Below are positions 1-13,104 of a stretch of DNA of 64,000 nucleotides, piece by piece. The stretch comes from Eledone cirrhosa (taxonomy: Eukaryota): the NCBI GenBank assembly GCA_964016885.1, contig OZ024747.1, positions 6,138,001-6,202,000 on the forward strand, read 5' to 3'. The notes below the pieces were generated by a model that searched no databases, was not told where the DNA came from, and worked only from the letters and a program-made list of their open reading frames with translations. How positions within the stretch are numbered: position 1 is the first letter of the stretch; each line of letters starts with the position of its first letter. Both the position numbers and the translations under genes were made by a program.

Positions 1-256
1 ACTATTTATAAAAAACACTAAAGAATCAATTGTAAAGCTTATATATATATATATGTATGTATGGGTACATATATATATAATATATATATATACGGGATAA
101 CAGATTATTGTTATAGGTAGTCCACTTAGGTGCAGTCCAGTAGGGGTACTCCGAGTAGTGGATGATATCAACGCTTGGCTAAGTTTGACTCAACAAGGCG
201 TTTCCATAGTGATGCTGTGAGTACGCAGTGATTTCTATTAACACTTGCAGTAATGA

Positions 257-366
257 TAAATCAAGAAAAAAGAGTGACACGGTTTGCTATACAAAAAAGG
301 TTTTTAAACATATGATTAAAAACCTTTTTTGTATAGCAAACCGTGTCCCTCTTTTTTCTTGATTTA
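257..366. repeat. Inverted repeat, ~51-bp arms, 8-nt spacer
   Basis: taaatcaagaaaaaagagtgacacggtttgctatacaaaaaaggtttttaa / acatatga / reverse complement with one mismatch. Followed by (TA)n. Confidence 0.9.
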
Positions 367-415
<49 letters not shown>

Positions 416-1259
416 AATATAATTTAGTGAGAATCGCATTTCGGGGGGTAGAAATTAGCGAAACGCAACTTCCATATTGTGCTGACAAGCGCTCCATGGA
501 TCTGAAGAAGATACCAGAGCTATAAACATAAGTTAAAATGGTCATACACGCTGAGACGATGGTTAAGAAGCCATTAACCACCATAGCCAAAAAAGCGAAC
601 AAGCTAAACGGGTCAAACAAAATGAGATATGATTGAAATATTTACCCGGACCCTTCTTTGGAAGATGGAATACTCTGAAAGTGGGTTTCTGCAATGCCTA
701 AATCAATAATACTGTCTGCTTATAAAAATAAGCTTTTGGTATAAAGACTGAACAAGGCATCGCTTTCTCAACGGATTTTTGTTCTTCTGTCGGCAGACTC
801 TCGCAGGTTATGAAAGCACATGCGAGAATCTAAGTGGAGAAAACCCCTATTTTGGCCAGTGAATTCAGCATGTGTAGTTGCAAAAACCGCACAAAACGAA
901 TTAAGCTCTCTACCGAGTTGTTTTAAAAATAAACTTAAGCGATTAATCAGTCAATAGAATATAAGTTGAATTTACTGGTTAAGACCAGCACAACTCTTAT
1001 CTAATTTAGTACTCTGTACTTACAAAAAGTAGGGTGTAGATATCAGGAGGATTTTTTTTGTGCCCTAGAGTAAAAGCTTAACTGTAGGGCAGAAAAACCT
1101 TATATGTTGTTTTGCTCTAGATCCAAACACAAACCTGAAACAAGAGAGAGAGGGGTTGTAGTAGTAGTTTTATTCAGGGACACAGCTAATGTGTCTATCT
1201 AGGACTGGTGCCCCTTATTGGCACAGTGTCACAGAAATGTGAGGTACAACAATATCTGA

Positions 1260-1517
1260 ATGGAGGGCTGTATAGTTAGAGAGAGGAGGGTGTTAGCAGT
1301 GGGAGGGCTGTACAGTTAGAGAGAGGGGTAAGGTGTTAACAGTGGGAGGGCTGTACAGTTAGAGAGAGGGGGAAGGTGTTAGCAGTGGGAGGGCTGTATA
1401 GTTAGAGAGAGGGGGAAGGTGTTAGCAGTGGGAGGGCTATACAGTTAGAGAGAGGGGTAAGGTGTTAACAGTGGGAGGGCTGTACAGTTAGAGAGAGGGG
1501 TCAGGTGTTAGCAGTGG
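1260..1517. repeat. 43-bp G-rich minisatellite, ~6 copies
   Basis: Unit gtgggagggctgtacagttagagagagggggaaggtgttagca. Confidence 0.9.
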
Positions 1518-1687
1518 AATCAGGAACCTAGAAATGTTTGTAATTAGTCTTTGAAATGTCTCTGGTATTTGTCACTATTTTAAGTGAATGTGTGACCTTG
1601 AGTGTGTGTAATACCTCTGTTGAGTGAGAGAGAGAGAGTGTGCTCGCAAGAAATACAATTCTAATTTTATTTATATATATATATATA

Positions 1688-1795
1688 TCATCACTGTTTT
1701 ACGTCCGTTCTTCCACGCTAGCATGGGTTAAACGGGTTGTCCTGTTGTGGGCAGTGTCCAGTCGGCTGACCTTGTTTTGCTCATACAGGAACTGA
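1688..1795 (-). mobile_element. SINE/LINE 3' end fragment (ccatgctagcatgg family)
   Basis: Near-identical to 37790-37900. Related tails at ~2590-2770, 12735-12900, 16990-17140, 19795-19870, 20720-20970 and 54130-54180, several ending in (GAT)n on the element strand. Confidence 0.7.
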
Positions 1796-1964
1796 TATAT
1801 ATATATGCATGTATATATTTGTATATATATGTATACATATATGTACGTACATATATGTATAAATATATGCATATATAAATAAAAGCAATCATATTTTAGA
1901 AACATTGAGTGGATTATGTATTTAAAATGTGTATTAACTTAACAGCTTCATATGTATGTGATAT

Positions 1965-2330
1965 GATAAACACATACATATATCTAACACACGATAACAC
2001 ATACATATATCTAACACACGATAACACATACATATATCTAACACACAATAACACATACATATATCTAACACACGATAACACATACATATATCTAACACGC
2101 GATAACACATACATATATCTAACATACGATAACACATACATATATCTAACACACGATAACACATACATATATCTAACACACAATAACACATACATATATC
2201 TAACACGCGATAACACATACATATATCTAACATACGATAACACATACATATATCTAACACACGATAACACACACATATATCTAACACACAATAACACATA
2301 CATATATCTAACACACAATAACACACATAC
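1965..2330. repeat. 27-bp minisatellite, ~13 copies
   Basis: Unit ataacacatacatatatctaacacacg. Confidence 0.92.
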
Positions 2331-2796
2331 ATGTATCTGTCATACGAAAACACACACACGCATATATATATATATATATAATCTGTAATACGATAACACA
2401 CATACATATATATGTCATACAATAGCATATATATATATATATATATCTGTGATATCATAGCACACATACATATATATATATCATACAATAGACACACACA
2501 CATATATATTTGCCTGTATAACTTGGTTATGACCTATTGAGTGAATGAAGCTCATGGTTATGGGTTCAAGTCTTGTTCTGGTTCAATATTTTGTTGCACA
2601 CATGCAAGGATGGAAAATGGATGACACACTCTCACTGTAAACGTGGTTGGGGTTAGGAAGGGCATCTAACTGTAGAAACTATGCCAAAATCAGTTGTGTG
2701 AACAAAACCTGGTCCTCCGACCTAGATCTCTCACATGCTAGCATGGAAAATGGATGTTAAACGATGATGAGTGTTCTGTGATGGGCTGCATATGTG

Positions 2797-3168
2797 CTGG
2801 ACCCTATCAAGGAATGCACTGTGGGACCCTATCAAGGAATGCATTGTGGGACCCTATCAAGGAATGCACTGTGGGACCCTATCAAGGAATGCACTGTGGG
2901 ACCCTGTCAAGGAATGCACTGTGGGACCCTGTCAAGGAATGCAATGCTGGACCCTATCAAGGAATGCACTGTGGGACCCTATCAAGGAATGCATTGTGGG
3001 ACCCTATCAAGGAATGCATTGTGGGACCCTATCAAGGAATGCACTGTGGGACCCTGTCAAGGAATGCACTGTGGGACCCTGTCAAGGAATGCACTGTGGG
3101 ACCCTATCAAGGAATGCACTGTGGGACCCTATCAAGGAATGCACTGTGGGACCCTATCAAGGAATGCA
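2797..3168. repeat. 25-bp minisatellite, ~15 copies
   Basis: Unit gggaccctatcaaggaatgcactgt. Confidence 0.93.
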
Positions 3169-3254
3169 GTAACTGTTATATCTGCAGCAGTCCTTCTGCT
3201 GCATTGTTGCACCTTGTTGCTGTTGAAGCTGTTGCACCAAAATATTTTAACAGT

Positions 3255-6061
3255 GGTGTAAGGTGGGTGGGAGTTGTGGTAGTGGTGGTAGGAATGGTGT
3301 AGTGGTGGTGGTTGTATTGGTGGTAGTGGTGTGGGGAATGGTGTAGTGGTGATGTGGGGAATGGTGTAGTGGTGATGTGAGGAATGTGTATGGTGGTTGC
3401 AGTGATGTGTATGAGGTAATATTAACACTTTCACACTAGCACTGGTATTGATGGTGGCAGTAGTAGCAGCAGCAGTAATACTAACAGTAGTAGTAGTAGT
3501 AGTAGTAGCAGCAGTAATACTAACAGTAGTAGTAGTAGTAGTAGCAGCAGTAATACTAACAGTAGTAGTAGTAGTAGTAGTAGCAGCAGTAATACTAACA
3601 GTAGTAGTAGCAGCATACATTTTTGATGCAGTCTGTTCAACTCCTCCTCCCTTCATCTAAATATAAATATTTAGCCTGGCATCATCATCACCACCATCAT
3701 CATTATCACTACCATTACCACCACCACTACCATCCTCACCACCACCCTTACCACCACTATGACCCTCACTACCACCCTCACCACCACCACTACCACCCTC
3801 ACCACCACCACTACCACCCTCACCACCACCACTACCACCCTCACCACCACCACCACTACTTCTATCACAACTACACCACCAACACCACCAGTACAATCAC
3901 CACTGCACCAACACCACCACCAATACCACTGCACCACCACCACCACTGCACCACCACCACCACTCCCATCAACACCACCACCACTACCATCACCACCACC
4001 ACCACCATCACCACCATCACCACCACTCCCATCAACACCACTCTCACTACCACCACATCAATGCCACCACTACTGCACTAACACCAAAACTACCATTGGC
4101 ACCACCGCCTCATAACTGTGTGTGTGTGTGTCAGTCTTGACAGTTTCTGGCTAGAAGCCAAACTTCTCTCTCTCTACCTTCACTCACACTCGGTCGAGAG
4201 CAGCAGTAATAGTAGAAGCTTAGACTCAGTCGAGAACAGCAACAACAGCATACTACACTCACACTCGAATGAGATTAGCAGCAGTAGCTTACACTCCACT
4301 CACACTCGGATGAGAGTAACAGCAGTAGCTTACACTCCACTCACACTTGCAGCCAAATGCAAGCAGCAGCAGCTCACTCTCCACTCACATCAGCAGCAGC
4401 AGCAGCAGGTCACTCTCCACTCACACGAGAGCAGAGATAGTAACAACAACATCAGCAGCAGCAGTGTTGTGCAACAGTAACAACAATATCAGTGAATGTA
4501 ATCCGTTGTGATGTGATGTATGGTGGTGTTGTGATGTTCTGATGGAGAAGACCAACAACAGAAGTAATGTGGAGTTGAACCCTTCGGTCAAGAGTGTCAA
4601 CCACCGTAACAGCATACCACAGAGTGACGGAGGGGTTTACGTTGTCCTACGGTACTTCTTTACACTACTACTACTACTACTATTACTACTTCTTTACACT
4701 ACTACTACTACTACTATTACTACTTCTTTACACTACTACTACTACTATTACTACTTCTTTACACTACTACTACTACTACTATTACTACTTCTTTACACTA
4801 CTACTACTACTACTACTTCTTCACATGCCTACTAACTACTACTACTACTATTACTACTAAAACTACACATGCCTACTAACTACTATTAGTACTACTTTAC
4901 ATAACTACTACTATTACTACTTCACATGCCTACTAACTATTACTACTACTTCACATGCCTACTAACTATTACTACTACTTCACATGCCTACTAACTACTA
5001 TTACTATTAACTACTACTACTACTTTACATAACTACTATACTACTACTTCACATGCCTACTAACTACTATTACTACTACTACTACTTTACATACCTACTA
5101 CTACTACTTCAATGCCTACTAACTATTATTACTACTACTATTACTACTTCACATGCCTACTAACTATTACTACTACTACTACTACTTCACATGCCTACTA
5201 ACTACTATTACTACTACTATTACATAACTACCAACAACTACTAGTATTACTATTCTATACCTACTAACTATTACTACCACTGCCACTACTACCACCACTA
5301 CCACCACCACCACTACTAATACCACTACCACCACTACTACTACTACTACCACCACTACTACTACTACCACCACTACTACTACTACTACCGCCACCGCTAC
5401 TACCACTACTACTACCACTACCACTACTACTACCACTACTACCACTACTACCACTACTACTACTACTACAGTTATTACCACATTGTTTCGCAGTGTAGAT
5501 ATGTTTGTGTCTAGATATTGTTGGATGTTGATGATGTTGTTTATAATTGTTGTTGATGATGATGCTTTGTAATTATTGATGGTGTTGGTGTTGTTGATGG
5601 TGGTGGTGTTGTTGGCGTTGGCGTTGGTGTTGGTGGTGTTGTTGATGGTGTTGTTGGTGGTAGTGTTGGTGGTGGTGGTGTTGTTGTTGTTGGTGGTGTT
5701 GTAGGTGGTGGTGGTGGTGTTGTCGGTGTTGTTGATGGTGGTGTTGTTGGTGTTGTTGGTGTTGGTGTTGTTGGCGTTGGTGTTGGTGGTGGTGTTGTTG
5801 ATGGTGTTGTTGGTGGTAGTGTTGGTGGTGGTGGTGTTGGTGGTGGTGGTGGTGGTGTTGTTGTTGTTGGTGGTGGTGTTGTCGGTGTTGTTGATGGCGG
5901 TGTTGTTGATGGCGGTGTTGTTGATGGTGGTGTTGTTGATGGTGGTGTTGTTGGTGTTGGTGGTGGTATTGTTATTGGTGTTGTTGATGTGAGTGTTGGT
6001 GGTGTTAGTGTTATGCTGGTGTTGGTGGTAGTGATCTTTTTTAACCAGATTTTATATGTAT

Positions 6062-6095
<34 letters not shown>

Positions 6096-6101
6096 ACACA
6101 C

Positions 6102-6167
<66 letters not shown>

Positions 6168-6173
6168 ACACAC

Positions 6174-6238
<65 letters not shown>
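3255..6238. repeat. Patchwork of trinucleotide (GGT/ACC/ACT/AGT/GTT) and (CA)n low-complexity tracts
   Basis: Direct reading. Explains the His/Thr/Val homopolymer ORFs. Confidence 0.9.
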
Positions 6239-6241
<3 letters not shown>

Positions 6242-6669
6242 GTATAACTTTGTTAGTTTTTGGCCAGTATTCACCCAGATCATGTCTAATAGCTGGACCT
6301 GGTGAAGTACTTCAGTCATGTTTTGGTCACTGTGACCCACTCCAGTAAAGAGTTATTATTGGTGACATATCTAGGTATAGGGGTTTATTGGAGATATATC
6401 TGGGGGTAGGGCATTTATTGGAGACTTATCTAAGTGTAAGAGGTTATTGGTGACATATCCTGGTGTAGGGGAGTTATTGCAGATATATCTAGGTATAGGG
6501 GGTTTATCCAAAATTTCTTGGAGATATTTATCTGGGAATCTTTGGAATTTTATGGGTTGTTTTTTCTGTCTTGGTGTATTTTGGTTTAATATTAAAAAGA
6601 TCAGGGTCAGTTGTGGTGAAATAGTTGTAATGTGATATGAGGTCAACTTTTGTAGGAGGCAGATAGCAT

Positions 6670-6930
6670 GTGGAGGCACATGGCCTAGTGGTAAGGGTTT
6701 TGCACTCATCACCATAATGTTGATTCCTGGACTGTGTTGTGTTCTGGAGCAAAACACTTCTTTATTTCATGTTGATCCAGTAAACTCAGCTGACAAGTAC
6801 CAGCAATAGCTGGGGGGTTTAACTTTGTGATGGGCTGGGGTCTTGTCCAGGGGGAGTCCTGTACTCTCAGTCACTTCATGCCATGGAACCAGGGTAAGGC
6901 CTGATGAGCCTCCAGGTTTGAGACAGACTT
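6670..6930 (+). mobile_element. tRNA-derived CORE-type SINE, degenerate
   Basis: A-box-like tggcctagtggtaagg, B-box-like gttgattcc, CORE-like gtgttctggagcaaaacactt..ccagtaaactcagctg. Related copies at ~21985-22180 and 46030-46290. Confidence 0.6.
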
Positions 6931-7677
6931 TTTTTTACCTGTAGATAACATGGCGACCAAATCACTTATATTTGTATGTGTAAAACTCAGTTTGAAGGTA
7001 CCCAACAAATATAGATTATTTGGGGTTACAGTATATATATCTCACATGTAGAAATAAAACTGAAAGAACAGTGTGTATGAAGCACACATTCATATGCACA
7101 CACGTATGTATTTATATGCGCACGCACACACACACACACACACGCGCGCACACTCTGAGAGTGTGAGTAAATCCAATTGTCATTCTTTTGGAAGTATTTA
7201 TAAATTCTGCTCTTTTCTTTACTACTACCACTACTACTACTACCACTATCACCACTACTACTATCACCACCACTACTACTATCACCACCACTACTACTAT
7301 CACCACTACTACTACTATCACCACTACTACTACTATCACCACTACTACCACTATCACCACCACTACTACTATCACCACCACTACCACCATTACTACTACT
7401 ATCACCACAACTACCACCACAACTACTACTATCACCACCACTACCATTAATACCACTACTACTACCGCTACCACTACTACTACCACCACTACTACTATCA
7501 CCACCACTACTATCACCACCACTACTACCACTCGCCACCACCACCATCACCACCACTACTACTACCATCAACACTATCACCTACACCAGTGCCATCAGTG
7601 TGTGTGTGTAAGTATATTATATATGTACAGGTATCACACACACATACACAGGTGTGTGTGTGTGTAAATATTACACA

Positions 7678-8730
7678 CAGATATGACTGGCAGGGTTACA
7701 TACACATACACACACAGATATGACTGGCAGGGTACATACACATACATATACACACACATTATGACTGGCAGGTTACATACACATACATATACACACACAT
7801 ATGACTGGCAGGGTTACATACACATAGCTACACAGATATGACTGGCAGGGTTACATACACATACACACACACAGATATGACTGGCAGGGTTACATACACA
7901 TACACACACACAGATATGACTGGCAGGGTTACATACACATACACACACACAGATATGACTGGCAGGGGTACATACACATACATATACACACACAGATATG
8001 ACTGGCAGGGGTACATACACATACATATACACACACAGATATGACTGGCAGGGGTACATACACATACATATACACACACAGATATGACTGGCAGGGGTAC
8101 ATACACATAGACACACAGATATGACTGGCAGGGGTACATACACATACATATACACACACAGATATGACTGGCAGGGTACATACACATACATATACACACA
8201 CAGATATGACTGGCAGGGTTACATACACATACACACACAGATATGACTGGCAGGGTACATACACATACATATACACACACATTATGACTGGCAGGTTACA
8301 TACACATACATATACACACACATATGACTGGCAGGGTTACATACACATAGCTACACAGATATGACTGGCAGGGTTACATACACATACACACACAGATATG
8401 ACTGGCAGGGTTACATACACATACACACACACAGATATGACTGGCAGGGGTACATACACATACATATACACACAGATATGACTGGCAGGGTTACATACAC
8501 ATACACACACACAGATATGACTGGCAGGGTTACATACACATACACACACACAGATATGACTGGCAGGGGTACATACACATACATATACACACACAGATAT
8601 GACTGGCAGGGTACATACATATACACACACAGATGACTGGCAGGGGTACATACATATACACACACAGATATGACTGGCAGGGGTACATACACATACATAT
8701 ACACACACACACACAGATATGACTGGCAGG
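7678..8730. repeat. ~39-45-bp compound minisatellite (constant cagatatgactggcaggg plus variable CA/TA spacer)
   Basis: About 25 copies read directly. Confidence 0.92.
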
Positions 8731-8761
<31 letters not shown>

Positions 8762-8840
8762 AACATGCACAGAGATATGGCTGGCATATATACTCACTCA
8801 CACACATACATACTAAGACATACACATGTATACACATACA

Positions 8841-8980
8841 TACACGCGCATACTAGGACATACACGCGCATACTAGGACATACACGCGCATACTAGGACA
8901 TACACGCGCATACTAGGACATACACGCGCATACTAGGACATACACGCGCATACTAGGACATACACGCGCATACTAGGACA
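8841..8980. repeat. 20-bp tandem repeat, 7 copies
   Basis: Unit tacacgcgcatactaggaca. Confidence 0.93.
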
Positions 8981-9084
8981 CACACACATATACATACACA
9001 GACCATCAGTTTTGATTGTGATTGTTTCAGTTGTTGAAAAAATTTCATTTTTTATTTCATCTGAATTCTGAATGGAAGATCAGT

Positions 9085-9535
9085 TGGTCATATCTGGAAT
9101 GTCTTAGGTTTCACCTGGTGTGGTCATATCTGGAATGTCTTAGGGTTCACCTGGTGTGGTCATATCTGGAATGTCTTAGGGTTCACCTGGTGTGGTCATA
9201 TCTGGAATGTCTTAGGGTTCACCTGGTGTGGTCATATCTGGAATGTCTTAGGTTTCACCTGGTGTGGTCATATCTGGAATGTCTTAGGTTTCACCTGGTG
9301 TGGTCATATCTGGAATGTCTTAGGGTTCACCTGGTGTGGTCATATCTGGAATGTCTTAGGTTTCACCTGGTGTGGTCATATCTGGAATGTCTTAGGGTTC
9401 ACCTGGTGTGGTCATATCTGGAATGTCTTAGGGTTCACCTGGTGTGGTCATATCTGGAATGTCTTAGGGTTCACCTGGTGTGGTCATATCTGGAATGTCT
9501 TAAGGTTCACCTGGGTGGTCATATCTGGAATGTCT
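9085..9535. repeat. 36-bp minisatellite, ~12 copies
   Basis: Unit ggtcatatctggaatgtcttagggttcacctggtgt. Confidence 0.93.
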
Positions 9536-9669
9536 GTTTCTAGTTTTTCCCCTCATTCTATATTTTTCTATAATATCCAAAATTATCTAAAAATGAAAAA
9601 TATAAATTGACCATGAATTACTTTGAGAAGAGCTAACATGTCAGTATGTGATGTAGTGGCCTGTATTCT

Positions 9670-11917
9670 TGGCCTTCTTTTTTGCCCACTTATTCCTGAG
9701 AGGGCCGTGGTGGATGAGTCCTCAGGGTTGTGGGGGCAGAGTCCTCAAACACTCCTTCCAGCCGGTCTTGTCAGAAGCAACAGTTTCCAACTGATTTGGC
9801 TGGATGTTCATGAATGTTATCCAATCATCTTGCTCGGGGACTACCCCTGGGTCTCCTGCTGGTTGGGCCTACCCCTGGGTCTCCTGCTGGTTGGGCCTAC
9901 CCCTGGGTCTCCTGCTGGTTGGTTTTGCCTGTAAAATCTGTCCAGCGATTCTTTCCTGAGACATTCTAACCACATGTCTGTAGTATCAGAGCTGTGATCT
10001 CTCAATCCAGAGATTCTTTCCTGAGACATTCTAACCACATGTCTGTAGTATCAGAGCTGTGATCTCTCAATCCAGAGATTCTTTCCTGAGACATTCTAAC
10101 CACATGTCTGTAGTATCAGAGCTGTGATCTCTCAATCCAGAGATTCTTTCCTGAGACATTCTAACCACATGTCTGTAGTATCAGAGCTGTGATCTCTCAA
10201 TCCAGAGATTCTTTCCTGAGACATTCTAACCACATGTCTGTAGTATCAGAGCTGTGATCTCTCAATCCAGAGATTCTTTCCTGAGACATTCTAACCACAT
10301 GTCTGTAGTATCAGAGCTGTGATCTCTCAATCCAGAGATTCTTTCCTGAGACATTCTAACCACATGTCTGTAGTATCAGAGCTGTGATCTCTCAATCCAG
10401 AGATTCTTTCCTGAGACATTCTAACCACATGTCTGTAGTATCAGAGCTGTGATCTCTCAATCCAGCGATTCTTTCCTGAGACATTCTAACCACATGTCTG
10501 TAGTATCAGAGCTGTGATCTCTCAATCCAGCGATTCTTTCCTGAGACATTCTAACCACATGTCTGTAGTATCGGAGCTGTGATCTCTCAATTCAGATTCT
10601 TTCCTGAGACATTCTAACCACATGTCATAGTATCAGAGCTGTGATCTCTCAATCCAGCGATTCTTTCCTGAGACATTCTAACCACATGTCTGTAGTATCA
10701 GAGCTGTGATCTCTCAATCCAGAGATTCTTTCCTGAGACATTCTAACCACATGTCTGTAGTATCAGAGCTGTGATCTCTCAATCCAGCGATTCTTTCCTG
10801 AGACATTCTAACCACATGTCTGTAGTATCAGAGCTGTGATCTCTCAATCCAGAGATTCTTTCCTGAGACATTCTAACCACATGTCTGTAGTATCGGAGCT
10901 GTGATCTCTCAATTCAGATTCTTTCCTGAGACATTCTAACCACATGTCAAAGTATCAGAGCTGTGATCTCTCAATCCAGAGATTCTTTCCTGAGACATTC
11001 TAACCACATGTGATAGTATCAGAGCTGTGATCTCTCAATCCAGAGATTCTTTCCTGAGACATTCTAACCACATGTCTGAAGTATCAGAGCTGTGATCTCT
11101 CAATCCAGAGATTCTTTCCTGAGACATTCTAACCACATGTCTGAAGTATCAGAGCTGTGATTCTCAATTCAGATTCTTTCTTGAGACATTCTAACCACAT
11201 GTCATAGTATCAGAGCTGTGATCTCTCAATCCAGAGATTCTTTCCTGAGACATTCTAACCACATGTCTGTAGTATCAGAGCTATGATCTCTCAATCCAGA
11301 GATTCTTTCCTGAGACATTCTAATCACATGTCTGTAGTATCAGAGCTGTGATCTCTCAATCCAGAAATTCTTTCCTGAGACATTCTAACCACATGTCTGT
11401 AGTATCGGAGCTGTGATCTCTCAATTCAGATTCTTTCCTGAGACATTCTAACCACATGTCATAGTATCAGAGCTGTGATCTCTCAATCCAGAGATTCTTT
11501 CCTGAGACATTCTAACCAGATGTCATAGTATCAGAGCTGTGATCTCTCAATCCAGAAATTCTTTCCTGAGACATTCTAACCACATGTCTGAAGTATCAGA
11601 GCTGTGATCTCTCAATTCAGATTCTTTCCTGAGACATTCTAACCACATGTCTGTAGTATCGGAGCTGTGATCTCTCAATCCAGAAATTCTTTCCTGAGAC
11701 ATTCTAACCACATGTCATAGTATCAGAGCTGTGATCTCTCAATTCGGAGAAGTAGGGGCTCTACCTGGAGTGACTCTCTGGTCTCTGAGCTATGTACTCT
11801 ATCAAGTAATATTACTCCAAGGATCCTCCATAGGAACCCTATTTTGACCACTTGTATTTGCGATGGTATGCATTTGGTCATTACCCAAGATTCATGGCCA
11901 TAGGTATTCTTGGCCAA
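9670..11917 (-). mobile_element. 5'-truncated RTE-clade (Expander/Rex3-like) LINE 3' fragment with an internal 65-bp tandem array
   Basis: Minus strand reads YGHESWVMT..GFLWRILGV.LLDRVHSSETRESLQVEPLLLRIERSQL, then the array, then ERIAGQILQAKPTSRRPRGRP and a ctgcccccacaaccc..ggaataagtgg 3' end. Confidence 0.85.
9947..11745. repeat. 65-bp minisatellite, ~28 copies, LINE-derived
   Basis: Unit gattctttcctgagacattctaaccacatgtctgtagtatcagagctgtgatctctcaatccaga, with 63/64-bp variants. Confidence 0.95.
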
Positions 11918-13053
11918 TATGTTTTGTCTGTGTGCCTATAGTTCTGTTTACCTATAGTTCTGTTTACCTATGCTTTTTGTGTCTGTGTATATGTGTATTT
12001 ATGTAGGTGTGTGTTTGCATATTTATTTATGTATGTATGTTTGTTTGTGCATTTATATATGTATGTATAATGTATGAGATGTATATTCTACATAAATATG
12101 TATATGTGTGTGTATGTGTATATGTGTGTGTATGTAATGGTACCATGTATGTTAGCAGTCCAAGTAACCAGTTCTGTTGTCCTCTACTTTTTACAGATCC
12201 GAGGAAGCCCTGGGGTTTGGATCTTTCCTTAATTGCTTATTTTTTCTTTCTTTTCATGCCTGCCTTTCTATCTCTCTTTACCCCTCTCTATCTATTCGCT
12301 TCTCTCTATTCCCCCTCTCTCTATCTATTTGTTTCTCTCTCTCTCTCTTTATCCTAGTTATTGCTGCTTCCTGCAAACATTTAGTTGTATCTCATATCTC
12401 TTTTGACTTTCTGTTCCATTACACACACATACATACACACACACATATACATACACACACACATACATACATACACACACACACACACATACATGCACAC
12501 ATACATATGTACACACACATACACACACACACACACACACACATACATACATACACACACACATACACATACATACACATGCACACACACACACATATAC
12601 ATGCACACATACATATGTACACACACACATACATACATACATACACATACATACATACACATACATACATACACATACACACATACATATATACACATAT
12701 ATTTACATACTCATACATATATACATGCATATATACATCATCATCATCATCGTTAAACGTCCATTTTCCAATCTTGCATGTCTGTTGTTCTGTCGATGAC
12801 GGAGGAGTTTGGGCCTGTCACCCTGGGACCATACAGAACTGTTTCTCGCTTGGTTTCTATGGCTGGATGCCCTTCATAATGCCAACCACAGTGTTGGCTG
12901 GGGTAGAGGAGGTGCATGGGGATTGGAGAGGTAGATGTAGGATGGGGTGGTGGACTTATCTGGGGAAGGGTGGGGTATAAGGGCGTGTAAGGCAGGGAGA
13001 GAGGAAAGTAGGGGAAGGCGGTGCATACTAAATGTATGCTTCAACCTATGCAA

Positions 13054-13092
<39 letters not shown>

Positions 13093-13104
13093 GACATATA
13101 TATG

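Noticed and set aside
160-235. Minus-strand GAAAC..GTT hairpin resembling hammerhead stem III
   Set aside because: CUGANGA core is absent.
430-900. Unique-looking segment with faint CENP-B/pogo-like translation
   Set aside because: Multiple stops and no diagnostic motif; needs a BLASTX/HMM search.
4542-4660. CpG-containing unique island MEKTNNRSNVELNPSVKSV..
   Set aside because: No recognisable homology or credible splice sites.
7678-8730. Constant repeat plus variable spacer resembling a CRISPR array
   Set aside because: Spacers are only CA/TA microsatellite, there are no cas genes, and the context is eukaryotic.
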